The notes beneath the pieces are model-generated. The model searched no databases, had not been told where the DNA came from, and was given only the letters and a program-made list of their open reading frames with translations. Position numbers and translations under genes: made by a program. A stretch of DNA of 63,758 nt, counting the filler, from Klebsormidium nitens (lineage: Eukaryota; Plantae; Klebsormidiophyceae), in the NCBI GenBank assembly GCA_000708835.1. It is 6 parts of 6 records of this genome, joined end to end, with 100 filler letters (N's around TTAATTAATTAA, not from the genome) between each part and the next. Parts side by side here need not be neighbours in the genome. Positions count along the whole stretch, not along the records: positions 45,039 to 62,254 come from DF237969.1; positions 62,355 to 63,758 come from DF237185.1; 4 more parts are not named here. One strand, given 5' to 3'. Positions 60,956 to 63,758 of this stretch are shown here, one piece after another (position 1 is the first letter of the stretch; the number at the start of each line of letters is the position of its first letter).

Positions 60956-62355
60956 GTCGGCCGGTATTGGCCACACCGCTTGAGCGGTTGTAGAGTGTAC
61001 GATACTGAACGGAACCCGCACAGCTCCTGAACTTTGTCTTTCACACTCAGCTCGACGCCAGAATTGCATGGTTCACGGGATGTCTCTGCCATCAGTTGGG
61101 GCATCCATTCGGTCGTGTTTGCTGGGCCGCCGGGCCGGGCAACGCGGCCAGACGGTATGTTGCGCAGACAGGTCGGAAGTTAGGCGGCTTGGCTATGATT
61201 CCAGATCGAGTCCCCCCTCGAAGTCGGCCTTCGGAGCTTCAATCTCTTACCTCTCACGACTGTCTGGGACCGGACTCAACCGCAGTGTCTTATTGAATGA
61301 TCGAGGCGCCACTCGATGCCAGGAAAGCACTATGACTTGAGTATAGTGACCTAAATCCAGGCTACATAACGTGCATATGTGTGCCAGACATAATATCAAA
61401 TGCACGAGTCATGGCCGCTCCTAACAAGTTCAGGGCCCGGGGAGTGCAACGGCGGCCGGGCGGCCCAATATGATCGCGTGCTGGCACCAAACTTGAAATC
61501 AGCCTCTCATGCGCGACTCGAAAACACAATCGGATATTGTCGTCGATCGTTGTGCTTCTTCATCATGTACGTCAGCTTGTATAACGGCCATGCCATGATT
61601 GTGCGCGGCCGCATGTACATGCCATGATGGCCGCGCTGCATGATAGCATATATATTCGTAAATCTGCAATTATTGCGGACTCATCGACTATATAACGCGT
61701 GAGCCCCAACTTACCAAATGATCGCGGATGCAAAATACAATTAGACCTTTTATATGGATATATGCATGGTGACTCTTGCGTGCACAAGATATGTGCAGTG
61801 TGCACTGCACCCGCGCCGCGGCGCGCGCGCCCCATGCATGGCTGGGTACCGGCCTGGCCAGCCGGCCGCGGCACCAATAAGTGGCGACGTACGAACGCCG
61901 GGCGATCGGGGCGGCCGCCCGCGCCACCTATACTATATTACATAGGTGGTAAGGTATACTCTACTAGTATATTATCATAGTATGCTTTGAAACATATTGT
62001 ATTCATGTCGCGGTGGCCGCCCGGGGGCTTTTCGTCAAAGTAAATTGAGGCTGATCATGATCGAGCTGCAGGAAGGCATTTTTAAGTACGTTGAACTTAG
62101 TTAATTCCGGAAAGAGAATGCCTCATTTGATAGCGATCGGACGGTACCGTACAAATATGCCGGCGTACCGCGTATGTCTACTGGATCATTGATCGTTCAA
62201 GGGTTCGGTTCAAATGATTGGCTGGGCGGCGCCTGCCTGCAAGCATTCATGATGNNNNNNNNNNNNNNNNNNNNNNNNNNNNNNNNNNNNNNNNNNNNTT
62301 AATTAATTAANNNNNNNNNNNNNNNNNNNNNNNNNNNNNNNNNNNNNNNNNNNNA

Positions 62356-62923
62356 GCATCAGCGCACTTTGCCAAAGTGAGATTTATTGTCGACAGGTGA
62401 GAAGTCGCCCTTTCAAATGCTCGTATAGGGCTTGAATAATTTGTGTACATTTGAGGCCTGTTTGCAGTAAGCGTTGTTGCAGAGCCTTTCGTCATCCAAC
62501 GTTTGTGTGTGCATTGGAACACATTTGCAGTTGCACTGGTCTGAGAGTTGTGATCCTTGGATCAGAATGTGTACATTGATTTTGATTCTACAATTAAAGG
62601 CCGATGTACACCTTTCCATGCATAGGTTCCACTTTGCAAAGGCTGGATCCGAAGTGCACAAGTGCGGCCCCTCCAATTGTCCGGAGAGCTACTGCGGACT
62701 ACACTGGGTGAACACGTCGGCCGTGGAGTCGGTCAACAGCTTTCTCAAGGGCTTTAGAAGTCTGGGGTGGTATTCAGGGCTTGACAACCTCATGGTGATA
62801 CTGCCTCTGCTCCTCGGCGGCTATAACAGCTCTTTAAGACGAGTCGACGACGCCAAGATTAGCATCGCGATTGGATCGGCCGTTTGGGTGGCTGGGATTC
62901 GAAGAAGACTTTTGCTAGGCTAG
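62356..62923 (+). mobile_element. KDZ transposase copy 4, last intron and terminal exon
   Basis: Acceptor at 62625, then FHFAKAGSEVHKCGP...WVNTSAVESVNSFLKGFRSLGWY...VDDAK, homologous to copies 2 and 3. Confidence 0.9.
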
Positions 62924-62960
62924 CAAGGTGCGAAAAAACCTTGTAAGCTGTTTTGTGTTG

Positions 62961-63436
62961 TGATACAAACGTTGATACAAAAATCAAGGACTGTATCAGG
63001 CTTCCGAAGGCATATTGAAGGGGAGATTGAAAAGACGAGAGCGCTTGCATGGTTGTCAATGATAGGCAACCGCGATCTTCTTTCACTCTCATTTGCATGT
63101 GCCGCAGCGAAGAGGGTTCCGATGGTGCTGAAATGAGTGATACAGCTGATACAACCTTCTTGGCATTTGTGTCTCGCTCTCGTAACAATCCAATTTCAAT
63201 TCAAAAAACAAACTCTACACCTTTATGATGTATCTTGTATCACCTGTATCAGCCCCTCACCGTCACAAATTGTAAGTAACCACCACCAATATGCGCTTTA
63301 AATGATTGATGAACAAAAAATGGCTCACAAATCCAACTAACTTGCATCGAGGCGGCGCTTTGCTTGTACAAATGGGCCTTTAGATGCTGATACACGCCCG
63401 ACCAAAAGGTCAAATTTGTTGTATCAGGTTGTATCA
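62961..63436. promoter_or_regulatory. Origin-like region with a different iteron (TGATACA/TGTATCA)
   Basis: TGATACA at 62961, 62973, 63138, 63147, 63388. TGTATCA at 62992, 63236, 63245, 63420, 63430. The central inverted pair encloses ~75 bp of AT-rich DNA. Function is inferred. Confidence 0.6.
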
Positions 63437-63758
63437 GGCCTTTTTGTCGCTCGCTTGTGCCACTTCCGCCTCTAACTCTACCTCGGTCTTCAAGCGAATG
63501 CCAAAGAAGCCTCTTCCTCGCTTCTTTTTATCCAGCGTTCTGATCAACGGAGCGTTTCCCTCCCCTGGAAGCTTTTGCAAGAATCCCTTCAAACACATTG
63601 CTCTTGTCAACGACCTATCGTCTGCCAAGCTCGTGTCATGCCCGCCGGCACACAAGAAACTTCTGAAGGCGTCAACAAAATCGGACTTGGCAACGCTGAA
63701 ATCCGATGGCTCCCCAATCTTGCAGGCCTCGTCAATAAAGACTTGAAGTTTGTCGTTC
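63434..63758 (-). CDS. C-terminus of a divergent D5/SF3 primase-helicase (winged-helix region); continues off the right edge
   Basis: Translated by hand from 63757: NDKLQVFIDEACKIGEPSDFSVAKSDFVDAFRSFL...RGRGFFGIRLK. This fits the D5 C-terminal pattern (nD.l..Fi.e.c ... g..G.rLK). Confidence 0.75.
   Translation of the reverse strand, partial: NDKLQVFIDEACKIGEPSDFSVAKSDFVDAFRSFLCAGGHDTSLADDRSLTRAMCLKGFLQKLPGEGNAPLIRTLDKKKRGRGFFGIRLKTEVELEAEVAQASDKKA

Overview
This is intron-rich (GT-AG) eukaryotic nuclear DNA. Its genes resemble land-plant orthologues, so a streptophyte alga such as Klebsormidium is my inference for the source; I cannot confirm this. Five scaffold gaps carry an artificial TTAATTAATTAA spacer. 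The central ~21-61 kb is host-like: SDHAF2, a zinc-knuckle PPR gene, ABITRAM, an unknown 4-exon gene, a DUF2358 gene, a GNAT, a LON-domain gene and an NAD(P)-binding Rossmann gene, plus two non-LTR retrotransposons and a probable LTR fragment. Both ends (1-20.9 kb and 62.3-63.8 kb) hold the main candidate for an undescribed system. Three times, a spliced Kyakuja-Dileera-Zisupton (KDZ) DDE transposase gene converges on an intronless, virus-like D5/SF3 primase-helicase gene. Between the two stop codons lie inverted arrays of short iterons flanking a ~75-85 bp AT-rich core, an arrangement like the P4/SaPI replication origins. The iteron sequence (GACCAGAA-type versus TGATACA) changes together with the helicase C-terminal winged-helix domain. 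The most complete unit also has a tyrosine recombinase and an intronless PC-esterase-like cargo gene bracketed by origin-containing direct repeats. I infer a family of possibly self-replicating KDZ transposons or capsid-less satellite-like elements. The gaps hide all element termini, so this is unproven. A second notable item is a 7.8 kb LINE insertion bounded by a target-site duplication. It carries a 2A-like peptide, APE, RT and RNase H, and has an intron-containing host-like segment fused at its 5' end.
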